Positions 37,027-50,100 are shown, counted from the whole stretch's first letter. The stretch is DNA of 63,944 nt, filler included, from Choristocarpus tenellus KU-1152 (GCA_964200185.2; 9 parts of 9 records of this genome joined end to end with filler, not necessarily neighbours in it), one strand, 5' to 3'. Notes: generated from the letters alone by a model not told the origin. Made by a program: numbers and translations.

Positions 37027-38681
37027 ACAAAAGGGACACGAACTTGGGGACTAAACATTACAGAACTACCAATACAGCAAACCAGGGTGAATCCAGACAT
37101 GTCCTACTTCCTGCAATTGCCACTGTGATTTTACAGTGGTGGAGGCAGATCACAAACTTTGTACCGCCCTGTCCAACTAGTGGGAACCCTGCAAGAACAG
37201 TAGAAACACCTAATGTACACCAACCACAAATCAGGAGTAATTTGTGTATAAAAATCAAAACATCAATTTTCAGGTACTACGTAGATAGAAAAAATGGGAA
37301 CCAAGAAGTAGAGGCAATAATTGGGTGAGGTAACAATAGCCTGTCAATTGCTACCGCCAGCATATACACCCAACAGAGATGGCTTGCGAATCGAGAAGAG
37401 GACATGCAATTTAGGGATACTTCAGACTGCATAGCAACTTGTTGTGTCGAGATAGATAAAGAAGTCAAGCAGGGATAAGTTTGAAAAGTAGTCCCCCTTC
37501 ACCACTAGCATAGCCCTTGCCCTGAACAAATAAACAAAAAATATGTATGTCCAGCAGAAGTCATATGCCCTCTATCCTCCTTACCACCCGTGTACTCTCT
37601 CTCTCTCTCTCTTACCAAGAACTTTCTCGTCGAAAGAAATCTTCCGAGCAATCAGACGCATCGTAACAGTTCCCATCAGTCCGCTGCACCCAGATATAAG
37701 CTGCAGGATTTTCAAATGAGTTTTCCAAAAGAGATGGAAGGCATTCAGCACGAGAGAGGCACAGACCACGATATTAAAGATGGCATGCACTCCAAAGGCA
37801 AGGGAATGTTGAGGATAGTGTGGTTGGTGGAATTGGGGGACACGCAAAATTTGTACATACTTTTCCCCCCCTTGGACAAGAATCTGCTTGAGTACATCAA
37901 TGAACAGAAGTAGCTAACTGCAATAAACTCAAGCTTCAGAGTGTTCTGTTGCTAGAATTGGGACACTTCAAACCGCCCAGCGCAGAAGCAACGGCATGCA
38001 AACCAAGGTGCTTTTGAACTCCATAGGGATAGTGGCACAGAGGGGAACGGAGGGGAATCAGTCACTTGTGAAATGTTCAAAACGCTACCTACAATCAATT
38101 CATAGGACAGATTGTCGCTCAGGGAATCACCTTGACCATCTGCAAAGATGAGTGAAACAACCGATGCTATAATGGTTAGGATTGTAAACACCAGGAACAG
38201 CACGGTTCCTACACCTCCTGCAGGTTCATGACGAGTCACTGCGAAGGACGTTAGGCCTGCAACCACTGCCAAAATCCCCACCCAGAAAGCCCCATAGCTC
38301 TCCCAATCTGCAAAGCAAGCAGGTGGAGCGTCACCAGCATGTCATGAGTTTACGGATATCACAGGAGCTAGATTAAAACTTGTTGAGGACACGGAGGGAA
38401 TACTAGCTCTGTTATACCATATATGTAGGACCTTGGTGTTGAGGTGAATGGTTGATAAGTGGTGATGGGGGTCAAAATACTGAGTCGCGCCAAGATAACT
38501 CTTGGCTCTCACCTGCGAAGACGATGGATCCAGTCACAATCTCGCCAACCCCGATGACAACTAGGAGTACACCAAGAATGTATGTCAAGAGAACCGCAGA
38601 TGGCGATGGCAGAACTCGCCTGTTGCTCTTCTTGGTCGATGTTGACCTCCTGGAATAGCTAGTCTTTGATGATCCAGCCAT
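35439..38681 (-). CDS. CD20/MS4A-like four-transmembrane protein with an 8-Cys loop (about 237 aa), 5 exons
   Basis: Exons 38513-38681, 38066-38307, 37616-37683, 36510-36627, 35439-35555; GT-AG with consistent phases, 714 nt. TM1 AVLLTYILGVLLVVIGVGEIVTG; TM2 YGAFWVGILAVVAG; TM3 LFLVFTILTIIASVVSLIF; loop GNCYDASDC..SSCAKKDCVCW..TCW..WCV..DC; TM4 ILILLIGITALISSITGCATACC. Confidence 0.82.
36436..36487 (+). repeat. Compound (CT)n(CA)n microsatellite in an intron
   Basis: Seen directly. Confidence 0.9.
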
Positions 38682-40184
38682 TTTACGTCCTCCAGACTGT
38701 TCCCATTGAAACGTGGGTTGTTAAACGTTTATGCCCGCAAACAATAAGGGAGACGACTCTACCTCTGGAACTTGTCAGGTGCCGTTATGATCACTACTAA
38801 TATGCTGTTGTAGATGACAACCTCTGTCATAGGGATTCTTGACGCAGCTTGCAACATTGTAGCACTACGTATTCAAACGCTCTTCTCGAGTTGAATTGAG
38901 TGTGAGGATATCTAGATGATTTTCTTGCTGCCATTTCTCTTCGGTTCAGACTAGAAAGGTATCCACGCTATCCTGAATTGAACTTGACTCACACTCCTGA
39001 CCAAACTTGGAAATCAAATCAATCATTTTCCCGCCCTCCTAGCTCCCCATTCTTGCAAATCCAACCCACTTCGCATATATTCAGCCGCAGAATTCTCCTT
39101 CCCAGACATAAGACATCCATTGGTTTGAGTTAGATGGTCGTACTTGTTGTCTTACCGAAAACTCGAAACTGAGAAGTCGGCGAACGAAAGCTATCTATGC
39201 ACAACCAGGACTGGGAATCTCTGCTGAGCAACGACTGTTTGAAACTTAACGCCAGGAAAAGCTGTATGCCTCAGTTCTTTCACCTTATATGTGGGGATGC
39301 AGTTGGAGGGAGATATCCGAAAGGGCAGTGGACTTGGTTTTATGACCGGCAGGAAAGTCGACGGATCAAGGATGTCACGTTGTGCTAGCAACAGTAGTAT
39401 TAGAGAGGCACCTTATCCACTCCTTACTTTAGATTCCTTACCCTATGGTTCATACTAGTATCGATAATATGGGGATTGCCACAGATATAGGACTTGGCAA
39501 ACACCGGATACTTCCGGTAATGGGAAGTGGAGTTTGAAGCCCTCGGGTATCATGTCTAAATGGAATGCGTAATCACCTTTCTAATACTAATAATACTACT
39601 ACTACAAATACTGTATATAATATTTTTGTTTTTCAACATGATGGATATTTGATTTTCGATCTTTTAAAATATTTTTTCTCTTTTGACTTCCTACGGCATA
39701 TGATGATGTACATACACATAAGATCCACAATTTAAGATTTGTCCTTGTCTCCAACTTCCCTCCAATATATACGAGTGAGTATCTTCCTTCTAATATAACA
39801 AACGCAACACAGAGAGTTGTCGCTCCTATCTTGTACAGTGGCAGTACTTGCTCGTAATGTTTAAGGATACCTGAGATATGTGGGAGAAAAACCCTGCGTT
39901 TTTGAACAGTAATTCAAGTATCCCCTCCTTCCTTCCGAACACTTGTAATACTACAATTATTGATGGTTTGGGCTTTACGACAAAGGGATGTAGTGTGCAG
40001 GGTATGTTTGTGGCAGCACGAAAATAAGTTGGAGTTTACAGGGTTCTTTTTGGTATTGCTCAATATTCGTCAATGATTTGTTTTAATCATACCAACCTGT
40101 GTGTGGGGTTTTCCTTCTATTGTTATAGTCTCTCCGAATATTAAGTCCAACTCGACTCAAGTACTACTGCGTCTATAGTAAGTT

Positions 40185-40430
40185 CAAACTGAGATAGCGG
40201 ACAGGAGTACTGGACATGTCTCCAAGACAATCTCCACAAGTTTGGGATTGAAGTTGAGGGCTGGAGTACTAGAGTTACTAACCAACAGGAGGAGTGGTAC
40301 AAGTGTGTGGATAACGGCAAAACGAGGTTCATAACCGAATGACATTTCAAGGAAGCTGGGATAGTCAATGTGCGCCACACCAAAGCAGCAGGTAAAGGAC
40401 GTCCAACTCACTAACACCACCACCACTACC
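40185..40430 (+). mobile_element. 3' fragment of an RTE-like LINE
   Basis: Translates as GQEYWTCLQDNLHKFGIEVEGW...EEWYKCVDNGKTRFITE*, resembling the C-terminus of RTE-clade ORF2 (W..C+.DDL..FGI....W). It is followed by a (CAC)n tail. Confidence 0.6.
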
Positions 40431-41218
40431 GTCTCCGAAAAATCGATTTCTTTGCGGACTTACTCTCTTCTATATCCTTCGTTCATTTTCTTTCTTCAAC
40501 CTCCCTTTTTTTGTGTGAGTGATGGTGTTTTTCTAGTGAGGGTTCTATTCTTCTCTTTTTCTTTTTTTCCTCTATTGGTTCGTTTTAATTTTATGAGTCC
40601 TTTTTGCCTCTTTCTGAAGGAGTGTGTATATCCTTCTTCTTTACACTACTTTTTTAGAGTATATGTCTAGTATACGTTATATGGATTTTTGAATACTTTT
40701 GTATTTGTTGTACATTAGTTAGAGATAATCCCGCCCTGTGGTCAGAGGTATGACACACCCACTACTTTTCATCCTGTCTACTAACTCTTGCACCACGACT
40801 AATTGTACTCTGTGTGTTTCTGGCTCGTTTATTTTCCATCTTGATCTTGGTCTGTTTTTTTGCGGTATAGCACAGACAGGATAGTACAGGTGAAAAAATA
40901 ATATGTTGTGTTTGCCACGTGGAATAGCATCATCATCGGCACCTAATTTTTTAGAAAAGAGGTCTGCCAAGTGATCTGTGTGACCAGGTGTTGCGATTTC
41001 TCCTGCACAACTCCTTGTCAAGCCTCAAGGGTGGTTTATGGTGGGTAGAAGTGTAAGGGGAATATCACCTATCACCTATCGACTTCCTCTGTCCCACATG
41101 AAATGAGGACACAGGGATATAAGGGGAGGTGTCCCTACATCCAAGTGGTGCTATGGGAAGGATCTTGGAAGGGTCATCACAGTGTTGGTCAAACAAGTAT
41201 GGGAGCACAGATCTGTGA

Positions 41219-42280
41219 ATGAAGAGCGGCATACAAACACACAAGTGGGTACGACACATGGCTGAGGAAGAAGATCGAAACAAGAATGTCAGTTGCAATC
41301 ATTCAGTGGCATTAATGTCTAGCTACCTGACAATATGCCCTTGTTGTAGAAGCTTGCATATATTGTGTTTTATATGTGTAACCCCTGATCGTCTTTCAAC
41401 ACTCCACTCCCCACAACAAAGAGGTTGTGAAGAGGGAGAGATATTGATTTTTGTGACAGCAAGATCCCCTGCCTGAGCAAAAGTACGCGAGAGGTACCCA
41501 GGTTTAGGCCGAATTGCATTTTAAGTCTCTTTTGCAATCTTTTGCGATTCGCCCATATTTTTATTATTTCTATGGATGAAGTTCGAGGTTTGACCTGAGA
41601 TCGTTTATTTCTCTGTTGCTTGAAAAAATATCGAGGATACCATTCAGAAAACATCCTACACACATTTGTAACAAAAGTCGAGTTTTGCACATATTTGTCA
41701 GCATCATAAAAATGCAAGTACCTCTCGAATGCTTTGATTCCCTACTGCTGCTGAAAAGGAGTCTGATAATATGATAAAGGTCACTCCTGAGCCTGGTGTG
41801 ACTGGTGTAGCCCTTGAGGCGAAGGCAAGCAGCCTTGACGTAGGGTCCCCTTTTGTTCCCCCATGTCATTTGCAGATTCATCGGACAGCCTGGGTCCTCA
41901 AGTTAGACATCACAGGCATGTACATGTATCTGAACTGGAGGTGTGGATACGACCAACTTGGAAACTATTTGCATGGGGATATTAACTCCCTCGACCAGCG
42001 CTTAATATGTCCTATGACAGATTTGCCTTGTCACCACGATTGGTGGAGCTACAGCATCTACCTGCACATATGTCTCAATGACACGACAGCTCTGCAACCT
42101 GAGACAAATTCACTTACCCTTCTTAACTATCAAACGAAGAGGCATCTTAGAGCTCACGGCTCCATCACCACTAAGGAATACAGGCAAATGCGCACCTATC
42201 TGTGCCAACATACGGTCAAGGCAGAGGACACAAGAACGTACATTGGACAGCATATATTTCGCCAAAACTCACTAAAGGTA
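41219..42280 (+). mobile_element. Degraded hAT-like transposase remnant
   Basis: BED-finger-like start (KWVRHM..EDRNKNVSCNH) and a C-terminal dimerisation-like segment (DWW...ARQL-like, TKRHLRAHGSITT...HIFRQN). Strongly decayed. Confidence 0.4.
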
Positions 42281-42988
42281 GGGTATACATTTTTCTGTGT
42301 GTAGTGCGTGTCACATAGAGTGAGATCTCAAAATTTTGCTCGATAGAATAGAGTGATGGGCTGGAATAATCAGTTATATCTTTTTGGCACCTGGCTTGTC
42401 ATCTGTGGAATATTGCAATGAAATTACATGACTCTCCTAATCCCTGTCACAGGCTGACAGGGATAATGGGCAGTCCAGGTGCTGTGGATTCTGTGGTTGG
42501 TTGATTGGTTGGTTGTGATGGTTTGTGCCAGAGTATTGAGAAAAGGGGCAGCACAAGTCGTCAGAAGAAATAGTGTCTTCTAGTGTCTGTATGCTCCAAG
42601 CAAGGACATATTAACAATGAGATTGATAATGGGGTGAAGAGAGGTCTAGCAGTATCAGTGATCACATCACTCTCCGCCATTTTGCTGCCCTTAGAGTGCC
42701 CATCAGATGCAGTCGCCATTTGTATGGAAGAAAGTACCTGATTCATATAGCCCTGAATGTGTGGATGGTTCATAGTTGAGCTGATTGTAATGACGAAGAG
42801 AGAAGTCACTCTTCCTTCCACAGTGCTATACAAGGTGTTTTAGGAGGTGAAAGCGCTTGTCCAAAAGTTCTTTGTGTTTTTGCTATTGACACAATGTGTG
42901 ATAGAAACGGTATAATTGGTAGTGTACTTCTGGGTAGTACATACACGAAATATGAGGTAGGAAGAAATAATATAAAATATATAAAGCG

Positions 42989-43207
42989 TTGGTTTCCCCC
43001 CTGACACATCTGCAATATGTCAGAGGGCATAATAATATAATATATAAAATATATTTCCTCTGACAAATCTACAAAAAGTAATAGACGATAAAATATCGAA
43101 AAATATGGTATACGGGCAAATTGTGAGAGGGCGTAAAAATATTATTTTTATTAGTATGCCCTCTCACATATTACAGATTTGTTAGAGGGGGAACCAATGA
43201 GAACTAT
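42989..43207. repeat. Cluster of the ~55-bp palindromic unit in both orientations
   Basis: Reverse copy 42989-43037, split reverse copy about 43056-43140, forward copy about 43153-43207. Confidence 0.82.
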
Positions 43208-43384
43208 TCATATGTCAGTATAGCCCTAAAAAAAAAAATGTCACAAATGTGAAAAATGTTGATCTATTTGTTATTTCAATATTATGTTTTACCACTGCCT
43301 TCGTGCGCCTCCAATCTACCTATTCCTGTGCCTCAGGGTGAGGAGCTAGGGAGGCATCCCAAGAATCCAACAAATCCCACCGTG

Positions 43385-43484
43385 NNNNNNNNNNNNNNNN
43401 NNNNNNNNNNNNNNNNNNNNNNNNNNNNTTAATTAATTAANNNNNNNNNNNNNNNNNNNNNNNNNNNNNNNNNNNNNNNNNNNN
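43385..43484. other. Artificial contig linker
   Basis: N44-TTAATTAATTAA-N44. Confidence 0.98.
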
Positions 43485-45855
43485 CTGAAATGGTACACGA
43501 ACTGTTGTGAAATGAAAGACGTTGTTCTTGCCAATCAAGGATTGCACCGAAGGCCTGCATAACACTATTATCATGCAGAATTTTATCGGGACCAAGTTGG
43601 GGAATCACTAAAGCTTCAACTGGCAATGTTGTGCCACCAAATGTAAGTGCAAAACGAATAAATCCACGAATCTGCAAAGGTGAACCATTTGCTGCACGTA
43701 GATTTATTGCACCAGGTGGGACAGGATGCACATCAAAACGTTTCAGTTGAGGGTGATTACGAACAAATATTTCAGAAATACATGGTACATCACTGGCTGT
43801 GTCAATTGTCAAGTCATTTTCCTCTTGTTCTTCAACGGTGCCCGATACACGCACTCTTTGTGATGAAAACGACAAAGGTTTGGGCATGGATGGATATCTG
43901 CACAAAGAACTGTTGAACCAAGTTTCATTATTATTACACGAGTTTGGTTGAACTAATGGCAAAGAAAAATGCTTAGTGACACGCGTGCAGGCAATAAATG
44001 ATGCCTGCGGGACAAAGGTGATTGCTGTCAACCTCTGACGCTTGCCACTCCCTACGATGGTGTCAAAAACATGACCACGGTTGTTCCCAAGTGGACTGGA
44101 GTCAAATCCACCTGGGCATATCTAGGGACGCGGACCATTGTGGGTAGGTGTTGACTCACTGTTCTCACGAACACGAACACGACCTCCACGACCCCTGCCT
44201 CTAAGACGCAAGTATGGCAAACGAGCAACCTGCGGATTGTCCAGGCACGACTGGGTTGTGTGACCCTCACGAGCCCTGCCTGGCAACGCGGGTACTGGCA
44301 CACACTATTTTGCTGATCCATGGTGTACGTTGAGTTGGACGGTGAGGCTGAATAGGGCCACGTGTCTTGGGGTCGCGTTTGTCCGTCAGTGTGCCCGCCT
44401 GTGGGAGGTGGGCTCGTCGACGACCGATCTGGGGCCCTGTTGAGGGGTGCCTCCCCTGCTCGGTGACGTCCCACCTCCGTACGAAGCCGTTAGTACTCTC
44501 GTTGCACCTGTTCGAGTTCGCTACGAGGAACCTGTCCACGACGAGAATTACGGGTCACAGCACTCGTGTAAGTTGTCATTGGGTCGGAGTTATTGCCAGA
44601 CAAATGATTGGCTTCATAACGTTTGGCACGTGGTGCAACGTGAAGTATATTGGTCCACCGAATCATTCTCCCCCTGTTTCAAAGACGTTAGTCGACGGGC
44701 TGATACACTTACGGCATGGGCGGGAATCAACGCAGTGATCAGGGCTTTCTGGACATCATCTTAAGTCTTTGAGGGTGTAATGGGGACGGGAGTGTCAAGA
44801 GACGACTGCAAACGAGCCAGATCACTTGTTGAACGTCACTCCACTGTGCCTGCTAACGCCTGAAAGTAAAAAGTTTCAGCTGGTCCTTAAAGAATTTTCG
44901 GTAAAAATTCTAGACATTGAGCATTGATTATCTCAGGGGATGCGGGACCATACTGACTAGAGTGTAAGGAAATCGCCACATGCCATTTGGAAAACAAGAG
45001 TGGCAAATTTTTCTCTCCAGAACCTGTAATGACAATATCATATGGTATTTTCGAAGAGGAAAACTGAAACGACTCGCTTCTGACATTAATGGCGGACGTG
45101 CAGCGTCACTACTCTGTGGAAGGGGTCTTACTTGATCTGGGTCCAATCCCCAAGCTTGCAGCTTCATCAAATCCTGAAGCCATCCAAGAGGCACAGTGTT
45201 CGTTCTGGTGCACTGGTTAACGTTGTGCGCAATAAAAGATGGTACAGCATCGCCGAACCGTGCCTGTGAAATGGCCACCTCACAAGTAGTTGAACTTGGG
45301 GGTGGGACTGGTTCTCCCTGGAATAGGACCTGACGATTGTCACAGTCGCCCGAGCTAACACAATACTCTAGGGTCGACGACACAGGTCTGACATTTGTCT
45401 GTCGATCTGTAAGAGGGGAAGGGGGGGATCCACGTCTTCGTTCGGCATCTTTTGTCCGCAGTCAAACAAAAATGCCCTGTCACCCTATTTCTGAGGACAC
45501 CGGTGTCAACAATGTCAATCGTGTGATTCTGTAGCGGTGTGGTTCACTCAGGCAAGGGTGGTGAAGAGAATCACCGGGCAAGACGGACCACACGAAAAAG
45601 GACGAACGGTGACCGAGGGTACGAGGAAAAGGTTGTACAAGTACAAACCTAGGAGTGATGATCAACCTCAAAGATGGGGCTTCATCATCAATGAAGACAT
45701 GAAAATAAAGTGGATCTTCCATGTGTAACATTACGACAGAAAGAGTGTAAGTGAAATCATGGGCGCTTGACTGCGAACCTCAATCGGTACCACAGTATAA
45801 AAGTATATGGCATACGGCAATAACGGTATAATGACAGGCAATTATGCTTTCCACA
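43485..45855 (-). mobile_element. Ty3/Gypsy LTR retrotransposon 5' part: LTR, PBS, degraded gag, aspartic protease
   Basis: LTR TG...CA at 45513-45855 (minus), immediately followed by PBS-like TGTTGACACCGGTG. Gag zinc knuckle CQYPRC..(fs)GHTTQSC at about 44245-44300. Protease LTIDTASDVPCISE...LRAANGSPLQIRGFIRF...ILHDNSVMQAFGAILDW in ORF 43429..44031. Truncated at the contig end. Confidence 0.85.
45513..45855 (-). repeat. 5' LTR (343 bp)
   Basis: Starts TGTGGAAA and ends GATTGACA on the minus strand; homologous to 46453-46742. Confidence 0.82.
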
Positions 45856-45864
45856 AATAAGTCA

Positions 45865-45867
45865 AGA

Positions 45868-45906
<39 letters not shown>

Positions 45907-46290
45907 GTATATATATATTATATTATTATGCCCTCTGACATTTTGCAGATGTGTCAGGGGAAAACCAATGAAAACTATATACATATGTGTATATAAAATG
46001 TCCTCAACATAAGATAATATTATTATGCCCTCTGACATTTTGCAGTATATAGTTTTCATTGGTTTCCTGACACATATGTATATATATTATTATGCCCTCT
46101 GACATTTTGCAGATGTGTGTATATATATTATCACATATGTATATAGTTTTCATTGGTTTCCCCCTGACACATCTCCAAAATGTCAGAGGGCATAAGAATA
46201 ATAAATATATATTATTATAGATCGACATGTATACAGTTTAGATTGGTTTTCCCCCTTACACATCTCCAAAATGTCGGAGGGCATAAGAAT
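45865..46290. repeat. (TA)n tract plus a foldback array of the ~55-bp palindromic unit (about 3 forward and 3 reverse, full and partial)
   Basis: tattatgccctctgacattttgcag x3 forward; ttttcattggtttcc(cc)ctgacacat...aaaatgtcagagggcataa reverse copies. Confidence 0.9.
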
Positions 46291-46452
46291 AAATTTACAT
46301 ATCGTTATTAGCCCTAAGGAAATAAAATATCCTAAACATAAGAACAGTATAAAACATTGCGTGGAAACCACTAATCAGTTACTTCACCACTATCACTATC
46401 ATTTTCTAGAATTGTATGAGGCAGGGTATAATCAGTGGATATGGAAACCTGA

Positions 46453-46742
46453 TGTGGAAAACTGGTACCGATTGAGGTTCGCAGTCAAGCGCCCATGATT
46501 TCACTGACAGACTTTCTGTCATAATGTCACACATGGAAGATCCACTTCTTTTTTACGTCTTGACTGATGATGAAGCCCCATCTTTGAGGTTGATCATCAC
46601 TCCTAGGTTTGTACTTGTATAACCTTTTCCTTGTACCCTCGGTCACGGTTCGTCTTTTTTCGTGTGGTCAGTCTTGCCCGGTGATTCTCTTCACCACCCT
46701 TGCCTGAGTGAACCACGCCGCCACAGAATCTCACGATTCACA
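46453..46742 (+). mobile_element. Second, solo-like LTR of the same Gypsy family in inverted orientation, with an internal deletion near its 5' end
   Basis: tgtggaaa...ggtaccgattgaggttcgcagtcaagcgccc...cacgattcaca is the reverse-complement homologue of 45513-45795. No clear TSD. Confidence 0.85.
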
Positions 46743-47197
46743 TAGGGGGTGTTCAGAATCACCAGTTGTTTCATGGTGGGGTGCTACCCACCGAACCCAA
46801 AGCTCTCCATCCCATCATATCTTAGGAGAAGTTTTAAGAGAATCTCAGATTTACCCGATAACGTCACATCTCGGTGATCGTCAACAGTAAGAAGTCTGAG
46901 AATTCTCAAGAGTAATCTGTGTTTGATGTTGGTGGGAATGTCACCAACGACAAAGAAATGTGCGCGCAATGCACTTGTGTGTGCGCGCGGATGCGTACTT
47001 GGACTGAGATCAACTCCTAATAGGACCTGTCCGTCGCAGAACTATCATTCTTAATATGAAAATATTTTAGATTAGAACAAATTTAGTCCCAATAAACAAA
47101 ATACTTCAGACGACACTCTCTATCACATACAATTCCTTACTGCATTAGGTGTGGCACACTACGATCGTATTCCTCCCTAAACCAGGAGAGGCTCTAA

Positions 47198-50100
47198 ATG
47201 TCGACTACTAGCTGGGGGGGAAGCATATTGTATTTCTTTTCTGAAGGCGCACATGGGGTCGTACTAACCTTTTTGCCTTTAGTTTGGACCAGCAAAGGAC
47301 TCTCAGGTGCCACAATTTTTGTGTATCCCGTCCTCAAACCTTGTAAATGGTGTTTCTCTATTATGTATCGCCCATCCCACTCCCTTCAAGTTAACTCTTT
47401 CAATGCATACCAACTAGAGGATAAACAAGTCTTGCACCTCCACATAGTACACGTACGTGCAAACACGTATGCGATCCAACATGAACGATCGTTTTCGGTC
47501 GCCCTCTCGGTGTTGAGATGCTCTTGACCAACGTTTCACAGAGCGTCAGGTGGGATTCATTGGGGCCATCTCCCCAACCGCCTTGCTCGTCCTCAATCCA
47601 TTATTGTGCTCCATCGCTGACCACCACGGAATACATAAAAAGGTAGGAGAGTTGGATGGGGTCGTATCGATTATGCCCCATCATGGTAAGGTGTTGTGAA
47701 TCAAATGAACACGTAAAATACCTCTACCTCCAAGAATACTGATGCGGGCGTTTACACCTTGCTAGTGCCAATATGTAGGATACGAAAAGTACGGTGACCT
47801 CCTTTATCCACTTCTTGTCGCACTTCGCATTCTATCCTCAATGGAAGATATCAGGGCTTAGGCATCTGATTGTGGTAGACTGCAAGCTGGACCAATAATC
47901 TCACTGTGGCTTAATCTCATCAATGCACGATCAACTTCACAAATCAAACGTTTATTCTCGTTTACAATGCCTCGTTCCTCTTTTCTGTGACATTTCTGCT
48001 TCCAGATGCTCCGTGTGTCCTTCTTGCTTTGGGGCATATTTTGTACATTGGTGATTTTTGCAGGAAGTTTGATTTCTGTGGCTTTGATCGAAACTGCCTC
48101 AGGGGTGTCTACTAGTCCGACCTTCAGCCTTGTTAGCGCTTGCGTTATCAAAGCATACGGCAGAAAAGGGTGAGGAGGATTTGTCTTTCATTCACCAGCG
48201 CAATAGACAAATTTTGACCCAAAGTATCTGTGGGGGGGGAGGGTTTCACCAGAGTGTCCATTTGGACCAAAACAAGGAAAAGTGCACTTTGGTTATCGAT
48301 CGAATGCATGGAACTAAACCACCCAAACATGGCGATATGAAAAGAATGATCCCAAATGGGCAGACGCCCCACCCCTCCCCCCCCAGACACTTTGAGCCTT
48401 TCCTGTTTCCTACTGAATGAGTTTTGCTCACAATTATGTCCATATATGAAAGTGATAAGGAAGTGGTGGATCATATCTCGTACCTGACTGTGCTCGGGCC
48501 ATTTGGACCAATTATGGTACGAAAGTGAAAAAAATGGTAAGAGTAGAGTGCACACTGTTCTTCTAGGAAGGGGCCATTCATTATCTTTGCAACAGCTATT
48601 TTTTGTGTAGTTGTGATGTGTGGTTGGGAATCTATATTTCACATCGAGGGAAAGGATTTTATCATAAGAGTCCTTGCGTGTCTTGACCTCGATGTTCGTT
48701 GTTGTATTCCACTCAGCCGCGAAAAACACACACCATCTTACATCTAGGGAGAGGGGCATGCTAACCTTCTTGATTTACCGTTGAGGGTTGGTTGACATAA
48801 TGGGACTGGATCCTTTTGACGTTTGGCGCTGTGTAAGTTGAAGTTATGTGCCTTGCAGCTACTAGTGCTTTGAGATATTTTCCCTCCCCATAAAATCATA
48901 CGCTCTATGCCTTTTGCTATCGCTCTCTTGATAGGTACACGGTCCAACGCGTATGGGGGACACTAGGAGGAGCGGTTTTTGCACTTGCTTCAGGTGTCAT
49001 TGCTGGTACAAGGGTAGGGTATACCGGTGTCATGATGCTCTTTGCGGGAGCAGCAGCCATGTCATTTTTATGTACGAGCCTCCTCCCTGAGGACAATATG
49101 CACTACCACAACCTGCCCGACACTGAGAAGGATGAGAGGTATGTTATGTTATGTGAGATTCGGCCGGGGAGTAATTTTTGTGATGTATCATCACCCCCTG
49201 GACTACACAATTTGGTATTGTGAGTTCTTGGAGGATGTTAGTATTGCTATCAGATTCGTTTGTTGTGCTGATGCTTGGGGACAAGGTGAAGCGAATCTGG
49301 GCCTTAGGTACTCCAGTGTATAACCTACATTTATCAAAGTCATGCTTCAAGCTGTATATTTGCAGATGTAACACAACTGTTGAGCACTACAAAGTGTTTC
49401 ATATACTAATAGGGATTCTCCTTATTTTCATATTGGGAGAGAATTAGTCAATGGTCTATGCCGTTCTATTTTGTTGCCAAGTCTTATCTTGTTAAATCTT
49501 GTTTGTAGGGTACATACGGTCAACGTGACCTTGATTTGGCTCGGCCTCATCCCTCCTGTTTTGTGTTTCACCCTCTTTACCAGGGATGCTACGGGCACAC
49601 CGTCAAGTTCTCTACGTCTCACCTCATCACCTTTGCCACCAAAGGTAACGGAGAACAGCACTGCAGCACCTGGGGACACTAGTGTTCTGTCGGCAATTCG
49701 AATCATAATGGGCTCCCCACAAATCGCGTCCTTCTTCGCTTCATCATTTCTGAGTGGTATGGGTAAAGCCATCATTGATACCTTTCTCTTCATCAGGTAG
49801 GTGCTGAGGGGTGTGTAGGAGTGCTGCTAGTTTGATGTATGACTGGACCAGCAAACTGCTATGGTGTGGAAATTCTTGTACAAAGTTGTGCTGAAGGTGA
49901 AAGGGCATTTATATTCAAAAGAGGGTGTACTAGTGCCCTATATGTTTTCAAAATTTTGTACTTTTACCTATTGATAATGACATGACCACACAGGAAAATC
50001 AAGTGTACCCGATATTTCGAAATGTTTTGAATGTTTTGTTGACACCTTCACCCCTTCACTTGATTGAGCCCGATTCTTTATTTCGGCAAAGGGTTGGAAT

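Noticed and set aside
36836-37070. Direct duplication gaacaaaagggacacgaac...acattacagaac between poly-G tracts
   Set aside because: The first copy degrades into A/G/C runs typical of low-quality reads after poly-G, so it is most likely an assembly artefact.
38416-38430. Possible 14-nt microexon in the MS4A-like gene
   Set aside because: Including it shifts exon 2 out of the TM-encoding frame.
45865-46290. CRISPR-like array (palindromic repeats with spacers)
   Set aside because: The repeats are in mixed orientation and truncated, the spacers are low-complexity TA of irregular length, there are no cas genes, and the context is eukaryotic.
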